From: Octopus vulgaris
Lineage: Eukaryota
Length of the DNA stretch: 64,000 nt
Reading direction: 5' to 3'
Assembly: GCA_951406725.2 (NCBI GenBank)
Contig: OX597814.1
Location: forward strand, 166,222,001-166,286,000
Shown: piece by piece, positions 41,730-52,853 of the stretch
Layout: each line of letters starts with the position of its first letter
Numbering within the stretch: position 1 is the first letter of the stretch
Made by a program: the position numbers and the translations under genes
The notes under the pieces: generated by a model
The model's input: the letters and a program-made list of their open reading frames with translations, nothing else
What the model was told of the DNA's origin: nothing
Database searches by the model: none

Positions 41730-41948
41730 CTAAATATCCAATGAAATGTCATCAATGATATTTTCTTGGTTGTAAAACCTGTTAGGGTCATCTGAAAATG
41801 CAGTCTGTAATGCTTTAAATAGGGATACACTCATCGCATAATTTGGCATCACCAAAGTACTTTGTAACAGTTGTAGGCTTCCAAAGGGCCAGTCATTATC
41901 AACTTCAGTAAAATTCATAGAAATATCAGTCATCAACAGGGCAGAATT
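41730..41948 (-). CDS. LBP/BPI-family last coding exon with C-terminal extension
   Basis: ttcccag|AAT...GATATTTAG; NSALLMTDISMNFTEVDNDWPFGSLQLLQSTLVMPNYAMSVSLFKALQTAFSDDPNRFYNQENIIDDISLDI*. Confidence 0.8.
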   Translation of the reverse strand, partial: NSALLMTDISMNFTEVDNDWPFGSLQLLQSTLVMPNYAMSVSLFKALQTAFSDDPNRFYNQENIIDDISLDI

Positions 41949-42054
41949 CTGGGAAAGGAAACAAAAGCAGATATTACTGGACTGGCAGATCAAACGTAAA
42001 ATAAAAAAAAAATTTTAATAAAACAGGTGTATGATTTGAGTAAAATATTACCAG

Positions 42055-42453
42055 GGATCTTTTCGGTTTGAACGACAATTTTAAAAAATAATTTCCACGT
42101 AACTAAACACTTTTAAACTTCGTATACTGGTAAAATGTGTTTATAAAACATCTTTTCTCTTGGCTTTATTGAGAAAATTCTATAGTTTGTAAGATATTTG
42201 CTGTTTTTTATCTTCAATTTCTGCAATTTCAACTAATCACTGACGTCTATTGAGGTAAAAAAAAACATTCTGTGCCGTATGAATATGTCCCTCGTTTAAG
42301 AAACAGATTGGGTTTATTTACATTTCTTCCCCCACCGCTAACCCTAACCCTAAAACAGATTGAAATGCAATAGATCGAGACTAGGGTCATAATTATGGGT
42401 GACAATTTCATATGACATTGCTAGAAAAACTGCCGTTCAAACCGAAAAGATCC
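42055..42453. mobile_element. Non-autonomous TIR DNA transposon with 8-bp TSD (Merlin- or hAT-like)
   Basis: TIR ggatcttttcggtttgaacg / cgttcaaaccgaaaagatcc; TSD attaccag / attatcag; internal (taaccc)n. Confidence 0.85.
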
Positions 42454-43618
42454 ATTATCAGTATCATCATTGTTAAAAAATAAAGCAAAAACATTACTGA
42501 TAAATTATCTATACAAAATTTAATTTCATTGTTTTTGAGTTAAAATCTAATTTTGCTGTAGGACTATGTCAGCTACCAGGAGGTCTGAGATTTCAGGCGT
42601 AACAGTGGGTGCTCATACAAGGGAGATCACTGTGTTATGTACCGCTTAGCAAAAATATTGTTAATCTTTACTCTGGTATAAAAGGAGGCTGTGATTCCAA
42701 TAAGCAATGTAATGAAGTAAAGTAGGCTGTGATTCCAATATGCAATGTAATGAAGTATATTGTATATATATGGGGGTAGTCCTTACATTTTGATACTAAA
42801 CCTAAACAACTCGAGGATTCTGAAAAAATGTTTAGTAAAATCAATTTCTTTTAATCATAAACCAAATTCCCCTCACCAATGGCATATTGTAAATTAAATA
42901 TGAAAGTGAAAAAAATTTGTATGTCTTTATTTGAAATACATTTTCAATAATGCTTATTTCTCTATGAAATCAATATTAATTTTTATTTTTATTATAATTA
43001 AAATCAATATCTCCTAATTACTTAGAAGTATATGCACAACGTAGTCATGTACCTCCCTTGTGATGCGAAAGTGGATGAATATGTAATTGTTCTGATTTCT
43101 TCAGTTTTGGTCGAACTCGATTACCTCCCTTCACTTATTTAAAATGTATGCTCCTCAACTTTTTAAAATATTCTAAGACTTCTCCAAGTTTCAATATATA
43201 TGCATTTATCACTGTTGTCATCTAAATTCCAATGAAAGAACTTTTGGTCCTTTGTTAGCAACGAGTTTCCTCCTTTTAGGAAAAATTGTAATTACAAAAA
43301 AGTAAAGACATACATACATTCATATGTGCACGTGTGTGTATGTGTGTGTGCATATGTGTGTACACACACACACACTCACACATACTCATACATACACTCC
43401 CATGACAGGCTATCACTCAGTTTCCATTTGTCAAAATTCACTTTTAACTCAAGACTTGAGGCTATGGTAGAAGGCATCATGCATAATGCACTGCACAATG
43501 AGATTGAACCCAGAATCATCTGGTTGCCAACCACCATATCATAGCTTCGATGTCACATCCTATAAAATAGCTCAGTTTTCACATCTATCGAAGAAATATT
43601 TTATACAGATTAACTCAC

Positions 43619-43698
43619 CATGCCAAAGTGTAATTTCGTGTTGCTTATTTTGTTTGTTTTGATAAGTGTAGATATAGGGATTCCAGTTTCACCCTTTT
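43619..43698 (-). CDS. LBP/BPI-family exon
   Basis: tttcag|AAAAG...GGCATG|gtgagt; KKGETGIPISTLIKTNKISNTKLHFGM (GIPI corresponds to LBP GFPLP); 80 nt, phase 1 to 0. Confidence 0.87.
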
Positions 43699-44059
43699 CT
43701 GAAATAAATAATTTATAAATAATTAATCACTTACTTCTTTTGAATAAAATAAATATTTCAAGGTAATGAAATAAAATACATATCTTGATGGGTTTCAGTC
43801 AAGTTGAACACACAAAATAAATATATATGTAATCCATACACAAAGAGCTGTAGTCTGATTCAAACTTTACTTGTAAGGAGCATGGTATAAGACTATGAGG
43901 TAAATTTACTAGCCAGGCCTCTAATTAAGGTGCATAACTTACTTGCTTCAGGATAATAATCTCAGGGACCCATCACATGAAAAGCAATATTTAAGTTAGT
44001 GTTAATATATGTAATGTAGGGAGCCAGTCCTGGCATAACAAATATTTTCCAGGTTATAA

Positions 44060-44616
44060 GATCAAACTTACCCACCCTTCTACAAAGCACCAAAATGATG
44101 AACCTGATGAACAAAAAAATCTTACTTAACAGCAAACGCCAACCGATAAACCTGAAAAAGCACCTCACAAGGGCCGAATTCAGATCGGAGAAGGGACCAG
44201 AATTCTCAGTAACAGAATGTGGAGACAAAAGATGCGGAATATGCAACAACGACAATAATTACAAATACCCAGAATGTGGTTCCCACTTAAAATTCAAAAG
44301 TGGCCCTCTCTTTAAAATCAATGCAAATATGACCTGCAAAACGCAAAACCTCATATATTGCATTACCTGCCCAAAATGCAAGGAAAATTATATTGGCGAA
44401 ACGAACAACTCCCTCTGACAATGCGCTAGAATACATAGACAACATATAAAACAGGAAGAGTTACACAAAATACCATTAAGCAAACACCTAGAAGTATGCG
44501 GAAATGGAAAATTCAAAATTATTCCATTCTACAAATGCTCATCAATTGACCCAGAATACTGTAAAGCTATGGAACTGCATTTTATAGAAAAATTTAGCCC
44601 AAAATTGAACGGTTAA
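44060..44616 (+). mobile_element. Penelope-like retroelement, GIY-YIG endonuclease fragment (pseudogenised)
   Basis: CGDKRCGIC...MTCKTQNLIYCITCPKCKENYIGET, in-frame TGA, then QCARIHRQH...ELHFIEKFSPKLN*. Confidence 0.85.
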
Positions 44617-46026
44617 TTAAAGTAAAAAAAAGTAGTAAAATAATCAAACAACTATGATGATAATGAAAAAAAATAAAATCTGTTAAAATATGATACATAA
44701 AAAAAGAAAAAAAATCTTTCTATATCTTTATATACAAATGAAAGAATTCTCTCTTTTCTTTTTTTTTATATATAAAATTATACAATTTAACATCTTAAAC
44801 TTCTAACAATATGTTTAAACATTCTTATATGCATGTAGATATGTATATATATGTGTGTATATGTGCAAATACATTTGTATATATGTTGGTATATGTGATC
44901 GTATATATGTATGTATGTGTATGCATGTATGTGTGGGTATATATATGTATGTGTACATGTGTATGTGCATGTATATATATATGTGTGTGTACATGTATAT
45001 GTACATGCATGTGTGTGTACATGTATGTATGTGTATATATGCATGTATACATGTATATGTATGTGTGTGGCTGAACCTGTTGTATAGGGAGAATTATAGG
45101 AAGTTATTTATGTCATGTGTCTTCTCACTAATACAATCACTGATATGATTTCTGAAGAATATTACAGGATACAAAAATATTTATAATCTGTGGCAGATGT
45201 TTACTCTGATTAACTCTTGAAACAGGAGATAGAAATTATCTTATTTCAAGAGATATCAACATTGTCAAAGATATAAAGATTACAATAAGAGGAACTAAAT
45301 TTATGATTACAGTGTAAAAGGAAATTTATAGTTACACGCTTCCTATCATGATTGTCTTATGTGCATAACATGTAGCTTTTCAAAAGATATTATCATCCTC
45401 ATTACATAATGTTGTCATTTAAAAAAGCGAAAAGGGAACTACAACTACCTTAAGACATACGAATGAGCTGAAGGTCACAATGCATGCTCTCTGTCTCTGT
45501 CTGTCAATCTGTCTGTCTGTCTGTCTCTCTCTCTCTCACACACACACATACATATACACACTCAAAGAAAGAATTACATAGAAAAAAAAACATATAACAA
45601 AAATATATAGTAGACAAATACAAATCTGATTTCTCACTCCAAAATCATTTTAAGTTCAATGTTATTCTGTTGTTTGTAAAATATAATTTTGCAGTCAGTA
45701 GTGTAACATGTGTTTTTCTTCTTCTCTTCTAATAATAATGAATGGATCTAGTCAGACTTTCTGACTAAGAGTGTTGAATGGTTTGATCAACTGAACTATT
45801 AGAACCATTGAATAAGTGTGTGAGTGCAGGACTGTCTTAGCCGTGTGATAAGCCCCTGGGCTAATCAATGCACTGGAGCCTATAATATTTATTGACAAGT
45901 CACATCTTACATAAATCAGAATTGGGCCCCAAGGCCTATGTGGCAATGAAGCTTCCAGCTCTGTGTGCCTGTGCCTTAAGACAAGCGCTGTGTAAGTGGT
46001 TGAGTATTCCACAGACATATGTACCT

Positions 46027-46256
46027 ATTTCTTTACTATCCACAAGGGGCTAAACACAGAGAGGACAAACAAGGACAGACAAACGGATTAGGTCGATTAC
46101 ATCAACCCCAGTGCGTAACTGGTACTTAATTTATCGACCCCGAAAGGATGAAAGGCAAAGTCGACCTCAGCGGAATTTGAACTCAGAATGTAATGGCAGA
46201 CAAAATATGGCTACGCATTTCGCCCAGCATGCTAACAATTCTGCCAGCTCGCTGCC
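46027..46256 (-). mobile_element. SINE with 20-bp TSD nested in an older repeat
   Basis: ttccacagacatatgtacct at 46007-46026 and 46257-46276. Confidence 0.9.
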
Positions 46257-47444
46257 TTCCACAGACATATGTACCTTTAATGCAATTCTCAAGTAGAATC
46301 AGTATGACACAATATGTGACAACAATGGATTATTGAATTACTGATACAATCCATCTGATGGATTTTTTACACAGTTTCCATCTATCCACTCACAAGGTAT
46401 GGGTTGACCTGTATCTAGAAAATGGCACTTGCCCAAGATGCTATGCAATGGAATAGAAACTGCAACATCTTGATTATGAAGTGGACTTTGTAACCATTTG
46501 GCCATGCTGCACCTACTTTTTATTATAGTTTACCATCATCATCATTTGACATCCATTTACCATGCTGGCATGGGTTGGACAGTTTGACTGAAAAATGGTT
46601 CCAATCTGGTTTGGCATGGTTTCTACAGATGGAGGCTCTTCCTAACACCAACCACTCTTGGAGTGTAATAGGTGCTTTTTATGTGCCTCCAGCACAGGTG
46701 CCACTTACAAAATACCAGCATTGGCCACAACTACGATCTCACTTGGCTTGACAGGTTTCTCAGACATGGTATATTACCAAAGGTCTCGGTCATTTGTCAC
46801 TGCCTCAGCCCTGTAAATAAATGTTCTGAGTGGAACAACATATTTTAATGGGTTGTTTCTTTTGATAGCCTTATTTATTAAGGCTTTGCCTGGGAAGACC
46901 TTATCCCTGCTTGCCGCTATCGGGGCAAAGCTGGCTGTCTACAAGCATGAGCTTCGTGAACCGTGAGTCAGAATGGCTGTTCCAGCACATCACCCTCACC
47001 ATCCTCAAGGGCAACACCTTTTGAATTTTGAGGTCTGACTTACAGGAAATTGCACGTTCCACTCCTTAATACAATTTTAACTAAATTCAAAAATTAAAGT
47101 TTGAGACACATACCCATATGCTCACATATTCTACTTCCTTACTCTAATACATGTTAGTTGTAGGTTTGTTTCGTATGTCACATGTAATACACAAGACATA
47201 TTTCCATGGTGTCCATGCATCCTATATATTACACATTCCCAATTTCCTTCAACTACCAGAGTAACTTTGAACTTATGAAGGGAAAACTTGATGTTACTCA
47301 GAATGTTTATGAAGAGAGGGGCTAATTAAAAATCTGAAAACAAGCATGGACTTTTACAGAAACACCTATCAAAATGCTTGGGACAAGCAAAGGGTTAAAC
47401 CCACTTGGAACTAAATAATTCTCATTTACATGCTTCGACAGTTT

Positions 47445-47905
47445 CATCATCATCATCATCATCATCGTTTAGCATCCGCTTTCCATGCTAGCATGGGTTG
47501 GCCGGTTCAACTGGGGTCTGGGAAGCCAGAAGGCTGCACCAGGCCCAGTCTGATTTGGCAATGTTTCTACAGCTGGATGCCCTTCCTAACGCCAACCACT
47601 CCGAGAGTGTAGTGGGTGCTTTTTATGTGCCACTGGCATGGAGGCCAGGTAAGGCTGGCAACGCCATGATCAGATGGTGCTTTTTACATGCCACCAGCAC
47701 GGAGGGGAGGCGAGGCTGGCAACGACCATGATCGGATTGTGCTTTTTATGTGCCACCGGCACGGAGGCCAGTCGGGGCGGCGCTGGCAACAGCCATGTTC
47801 GGATGGTTCTCTTACGTGCCACTGGCACTGATATCACAGCTACAATTTCCATTATGTTGATTAATTTTAATTTTGATTTTGATTTTTTGATTTTGATTTT
47901 GATTT
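47445..47905 (-). mobile_element. CAT-tailed retroposon with internal tandem units
   Basis: family match; ends in (ttttga)n about 40 bp from the LBP exon donor at 47941. Confidence 0.85.
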
Positions 47906-47941
47906 TCATGTATGAAAATAAATTAATAAGATTTTACTTAC

Positions 47942-48005
47942 TATTGAGTTGAGGCAAGACAAACATGTTAACAAACAAGTTTATGGTCATTTGGAACTGT
48001 TTCTC
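47942..48005 (-). CDS. LBP/BPI-family exon
   Basis: tttcag|GAG...CTCAATA|gtaagt; EKQFQMTINLFVNMFVLPQLN; 64 nt, phase 0 to 1. Confidence 0.85.
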
Positions 48006-48338
48006 CTGAAATAAGGGAAAATTTTAAAATTACTTTTTCTTTTCAAGTTTGAAATAAAATAAAACATTATTCTTTTATTTTCTTTCCTTTCACTTGTTTC
48101 AGTCATTTTGATATCAGCCATGCTGGAGCAACACCTTGAAAGATTTTGGTTGAACAAATTGACCCCAGGGTTTACTTTTTTAAAGCCTAGTACTTATTGT
48201 ATCAGTCTCTTTTGCCAAACCACTAAGTTATTGGGATGTAAACACATCAACACTAGTTGTCAAGTGGTGATGGGGAGACAAATACAGAAACAAAGATACA
48301 TACACACACACATATATATATATATATATACATATATG

Positions 48339-48975
48339 TTAAAATTATAATTTAGAGTATCTAATACCACCACGCTGGAAATAGCAGCCAAAACTTGACT
48401 CTAAAACCACATTGAATGTTCATACAACACCAGGAGAGAAGACAAAGAGACAAAATAAACTAGCAAAAAAATTACTGGATAATTCCAGATTCCGGATTTC
48501 TGGCTCTGCATAAGAAATGCTTTGCCTCATCAGTGGAATATACACAGATAGCACATAAATACAAATATATTTTGAATTTAAACTGGTCGTGTGCATAAAT
48601 GCATAAATATGTATGTATACGTTTGTATATGTAAGTATTCGTATGTTATATATATATATAGTTGTATTTATGTGCTATCTGTGTATATTCCATTGATGAG
48701 GCAAAGCATTTCTTATGCAGAGCCAGAAATCCGGGATCTGGAATTATCCAGTAATTTTTTTGCTAGGTTATTTTGTCTTTTTGTCTTCTCTCCTGGTGCT
48801 GTATGAACATTCAATGTGGTTTTAGAGTTAAGTTTTGGCTGCTATTTCCAGCGTGGTGGTATCTCTTAGATACCCTAAATTATAATTTTAATAATAATTA
48901 TTACCTTTGAAGGTTTTTATTCCCATGCTGGCCACTTGATAAGATCGATATTTAAATAACAATCTTATTCTTATC
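48339..48975. mobile_element. Fold-back (inverted pLTR-like) Penelope-type insertion with ~225-bp arms
   Basis: arms 48339-48564 and 48662-48891; hammerhead-like motif; flanked by TA/CA microsatellite. Confidence 0.7.
48481..48540 (-). ncRNA. Hammerhead-like motif with extended stem II (mutated mirror copy at ~48686-48745 on +)
   Basis: minus strand: attcca-CTGATGA-ggc-aaa-gcat-ttctt-atgc-aga-gcc-a-GAAA-tccgga-aTC-tggaat; 6-bp stem I attcca/tggaat; one extra A before GAAA. Confidence 0.55.
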
Positions 48976-48985
48976 TGTCTGTCTG

Positions 48986-49053
<68 letters not shown>

Positions 49054-49054
<1 letters not shown>

Positions 49055-49278
49055 TTTATTTTAAGCAGCAGAAAATTCAACAAAATCTGTTACTCTGAGT
49101 TTCTCGTTGCCGTTCATCAGACAGTTTTCTAGCAAAAACTGTCTGATGAACGGCAACGAGAAACTCAGAGTAACAGATTTTGTTGAATTTTCTGCTGCTT
49201 AAAATAAAGCATATTACTCTACCACTGGTATTTGAGTACTCTTTTTTCCACCTTGTTTCACATTTATGTGTTTACTCC

Positions 49279-49280
<2 letters not shown>
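49054..49280. mobile_element. Fold-back Penelope-type insertion with perfect 75-bp arms in (TA)n
   Basis: arms 49054-49128 and 49135-49209, 6-nt loop, then a ~70-bp unpaired tail; (TA)n on both sides. Confidence 0.78.
49139..49176 (+). ncRNA. Putative minimal type I hammerhead ribozyme (mirror copy on the - strand at 49087-49124)
   Basis: ctgt-CTGATGA-acg-gcaa-cga-GAAA-ctcagag-TA-acag; stem I ctgt/acag, GNRA-capped stem II with one A.A mismatch, GUA cleavage triplet. Confidence 0.65.
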
Positions 49281-49321
<41 letters not shown>

Positions 49322-49924
49322 TTATCATCATCATCATCATCATCATCATCGTTTAACGTCCGCTTTCCATGCTAGCATGGGTTGGACGGTTCAACTGGGG
49401 TCTGGCAAGCCCGAAGGCTGCACCAGGCCAGTCAGATCCATGAATGTTTATAGACATAAGTTACGTGAGAATTTAGTTTTTGTAAACTAATATTTTAAAA
49501 AATGTTTTATTCTTTTATTTTTCATTTTTTATTTTTTATTTTTATTAATTCTATTTGAATTAAATTATGGCTTGCATAGTAAGGTCTGGCAAATCTATTT
49601 ACACATACACATACTTATCTGTTAAAATAAAAATATAGTATTTGGTATCGAACTATGATAAAGTTATTTAGAAGCCTGATGATTGGGGTTACGTTTTAAG
49701 AAAGGTTCCTGTAAAACACTGTGTGCCTAAGGAACCGTAAAATGAACCTCAAGAAACATGTGTAGCTGAGAAATGAGTAGTAAGTATTAAATTAAAATTC
49801 TTTTATATAGTGTGATGAAGGGGACTACTATCTCTAAATAACATATATATTTCCTCATAGAGAATAACTTGAACCCCTGTGATGCCGGAATTTTTATTCC
49901 CTAATAAATAAAATAACATAATTT

Positions 49925-49955
<31 letters not shown>

Positions 49956-50104
49956 TAGTATGTCTTACTAGTTGATATACAAAAATTTAACAAGTTCTCA
50001 CAACTATAGATAAGAAAACAATAAAAAACAAGCAATATTGATAACATAGCTCTTGTTTGACACATGATGTTTGAAAGTGATTAAAAAAAGATCATTATAC
50101 TTAC

Positions 50105-50150
50105 ATTAATTTTAATGGGCAAACCTTTACGAATCACACCCAGTTTTACG
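50105..50150 (-). CDS. LBP/BPI-family exon
   Basis: ttgcag|CGTA...ATTAAT|gtaagt; (S)VKLGVIRKGLPIKIN; 46 nt, phase 2 to 0, completing the frame. Confidence 0.8.
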
Positions 50151-50268
50151 CTGCAATAATACATAAATAATATAAGTAAGTGTTGATTGCATATGGAACA
50201 CAAATAGAAACTTAAGCATATACATGCATGCCAGAATCTTTTTGAAGTACATACAAATGATAGATTAA

Positions 50269-50471
50269 CTCTTTGCCATTCAGACAACCCTGTTAAATGT
50301 AATGCTTATTTATTCACATTGTTTTCACTTATCATGCATTATCTCTTGGCTTTGAGATTTTGATGATGTTATATATTTTTAGACTGACACTGTAGGGGAA
50401 GGTATGGCCAGTTTGAGTATGAAAGAGGTAGAATATTTTGACTGAATATAACCAGTTTAAACACTAAAGGG
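50269..50471. mobile_element. TTAA-flanked MITE (piggyBac-like)
   Basis: ttaa-ctctttgccatt...cactaaaggg-ttaa. Confidence 0.55.
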
Positions 50472-50598
50472 TTAAGGGTTAAATTGTTGGTACTTTGATT
50501 ATCATCTTCAGAATGATAAAAACGAGACGAAAACTGGAAAGGACTTGAATATAAAAAAAAGAATGCACTGAACTGGGCAATACAAAGCAACTATATAA

Positions 50599-50990
50599 CT
50601 CTTTTACTCTTTTACTTGTTTTAGTCATTTGACTGTGGCCATGCTGGAGCACCGCCTTTAGTAGAGCAAATTGACACCAGGACTTATTCTTTGTAAGCCA
50701 AGTACTTATTCTATCAGCCTCTTTTGCCGAACCGCTAAGTTACGGTTGACGTAAACACACCGGCATCGGTTGTCAAGCGATGATGGGGTGACAAACACAG
50801 ACATACAAACATATACACACACATACATATACACATATATATGACAGGCTTCTTTCAGTTTCCGTCTACCAAATCCACTCACAAGGCTTTGGTCAGCCTG
50901 AGGCCTATAGTAGAAGACACTTGCCCAAGGTGCCATGCAGTGGGACTGAACCCGGAATCATGTGGTTGGTAAGCAAGCTGCTCCTACGCC
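50599..50990 (-). mobile_element. tRNA-derived SINE (well preserved)
   Basis: reverse complement of 58703-59085; (gagtaaaa)n tail. Confidence 0.85.
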
Positions 50991-51948
50991 TATATAAGTA
51001 CATGGTGCCTTTGTGAGTGTTGGGCCTTAGAGAGGCAAGGTAGCTGATTTCCTTTTGAGCAGGCCTCACGGAGGTGAGGTGGCTAAGTTTCTTTCGAGTG
51101 TTGGGCCTCATAGAGGCAAAGTGGCCGAGCTCCTTTTGAGTGTTGAGCCTCATGGAGGCAATGACCAAGACCTTTGGCATTATGTCACGCTTGAGAAGAA
51201 GACCCATCAAGCTGAGCAAAATCGCAGTCATGGCAGATACTAGTGGAAAATGGCACCTGTGCTGGTGGCACATAAAAACACCCATTACTCTTGGAGTGGT
51301 GGCCAATATCAGACTGGATTCTGGTGCAGCCTTCCAGCATGACAGCCCAGTTAAACCATCCAGCTCATGCCAGTAGGACAACAGATGTTAACTGATGATG
51401 ATGATAATAATGATGATGATGATGGCTGAGCACTCCACACACACACATGTACTCTTAATGTAGTTCTCAGGGAGATTCAGTGTGACAAGGCTACTCCTTT
51501 GAAATACAAGGACTTCTCATTTTTGCCAGCGGAGTGGCCTGGAGCCATCCCTCGACAGCAAGTCCGCTGCTCTAACCACTAGACCATGTGTCTCCACCTT
51601 TCATGATGGTTACACTTATTTACAATTGTCATGTGATGTCAAGACAAGGAGACAGTAATACACACACATGATGAGTTTCTTTCAGTTTCCATGTATCAAA
51701 TATCATGCACAAAACCTTAGTTGGTTTAGGGCTATTGTAGAAGACACTTGCCCAAGATGCCATGCAGTAGGACTGAACCTGGGACCATGTGGTTGGGAAG
51801 CAAACTTCTTGCTACACAGCCAAATCTACATTGAAATTATAGCCCACATGTAATATATATACATAAAAAAAAGCTTGTTTATTGTCCTATTGTAAAACAT
51901 ATATAATAATGCTTAATATTCAAATAAAATAATAAATATGAAACATAC

Positions 51949-52016
51949 CTCAATGCAGAAAGTTTGAAGTGAATAATTTGTTTGGCAATATCAGATTTCC
52001 CTTCAGTATGAATTGT
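51949..52016 (-). CDS. LBP/BPI-family exon
   Basis: tttcag|ACA...TTGAG|gtatgt; TIHTEGKSDIAKQIIHFKLSAL; 68 nt, phase 0 to 2. Confidence 0.85.
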
Positions 52017-52688
52017 CTGAAAAATGAAACAAGATATGAAATGTTTAAATAGGTATAAAAGAAATAAATAAAAGACTAATTGATATTATCTTAGCTAAGC
52101 TGTTTGTTTCTATCCTTGTTTTGAGCACATCAAGTAGCATATTGTGAATAACCTGAATTTCATGCCTCCTTGTTTTATGTATATAATCTGAGAATAGGAA
52201 TCTAGCATTTTGCTGAAATTTCTAGAAAAATATTTTTCCTTTGTATTTTACAATCCATAAGTTTAATATTCAACTTATTAAGGAACTAGAGTTGTTCAAG
52301 CATATATTTATGCTCATTGAAAACCAATGAGTTTACATTAAGTTTTGACTGAGGTAACTAAGTTAACAAAAGACATTGATTCTTGCAATACTAGAACTTT
52401 TAAGCATGTACTTAACAGCATACATGCACACTAAATTCCCAATCACCATTCCCATTGCTCTCATTTTGAAAGAAAATGAGTAAATAAATTTTAAAACAAT
52501 AGATTTGAAACTAATGATATCTAAAATAATTTTTGTTAGAATCAACATTTTAGGGTATTTCTAACTATTTTACAATTAAAAATTTTTTAAATATTGACTG
52601 TAATAAAAAGAAAAAAAAAAAGGAAAGAAAGCAAAAGAAAAAACAAAGCATGAGATGAAAATTAATGAAAGGGAAACATTGAACTCAC

Positions 52689-52853
52689 CAAGGGTAAAAT
52701 GAGGAGAGGTTTGTTAGGGCTGTCAGTAGAGAGATAAAGGTAAACATTAAGGTAGACATCGAGAAGCATATCACCAGATTTAATGAAGACATCTGGCATT
52801 TGAAATGATTCCACAAACACTGACAGCACTTGGTTGGGATAGAGTTTACCAAT
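52689..52853 (-). CDS. LBP/BPI-family exon (BPI2)
   Basis: ttgtag|ATT...CCCTTG|gtgagt; IGKLYPNQVLSVFVESFQMPDVFIKSGDMLLDVYLNVYLYLSTDSPNKPLLILPL; 165 nt. Confidence 0.9.

Noticed and set aside
43053-43133. Possible extra minus-strand exon (KGGNRVRPKLKKSEQ...)
   Set aside because: Its phase is incompatible with the flanking LBP exons, which join directly in phase 0; weak acceptor
45145-45255. CTGAAGA...GAAA downstream of the Penelope fragment
   Set aside because: The boxes are ~60 nt apart without a convincing stem II, and an alternative hairpin overlaps GAAA
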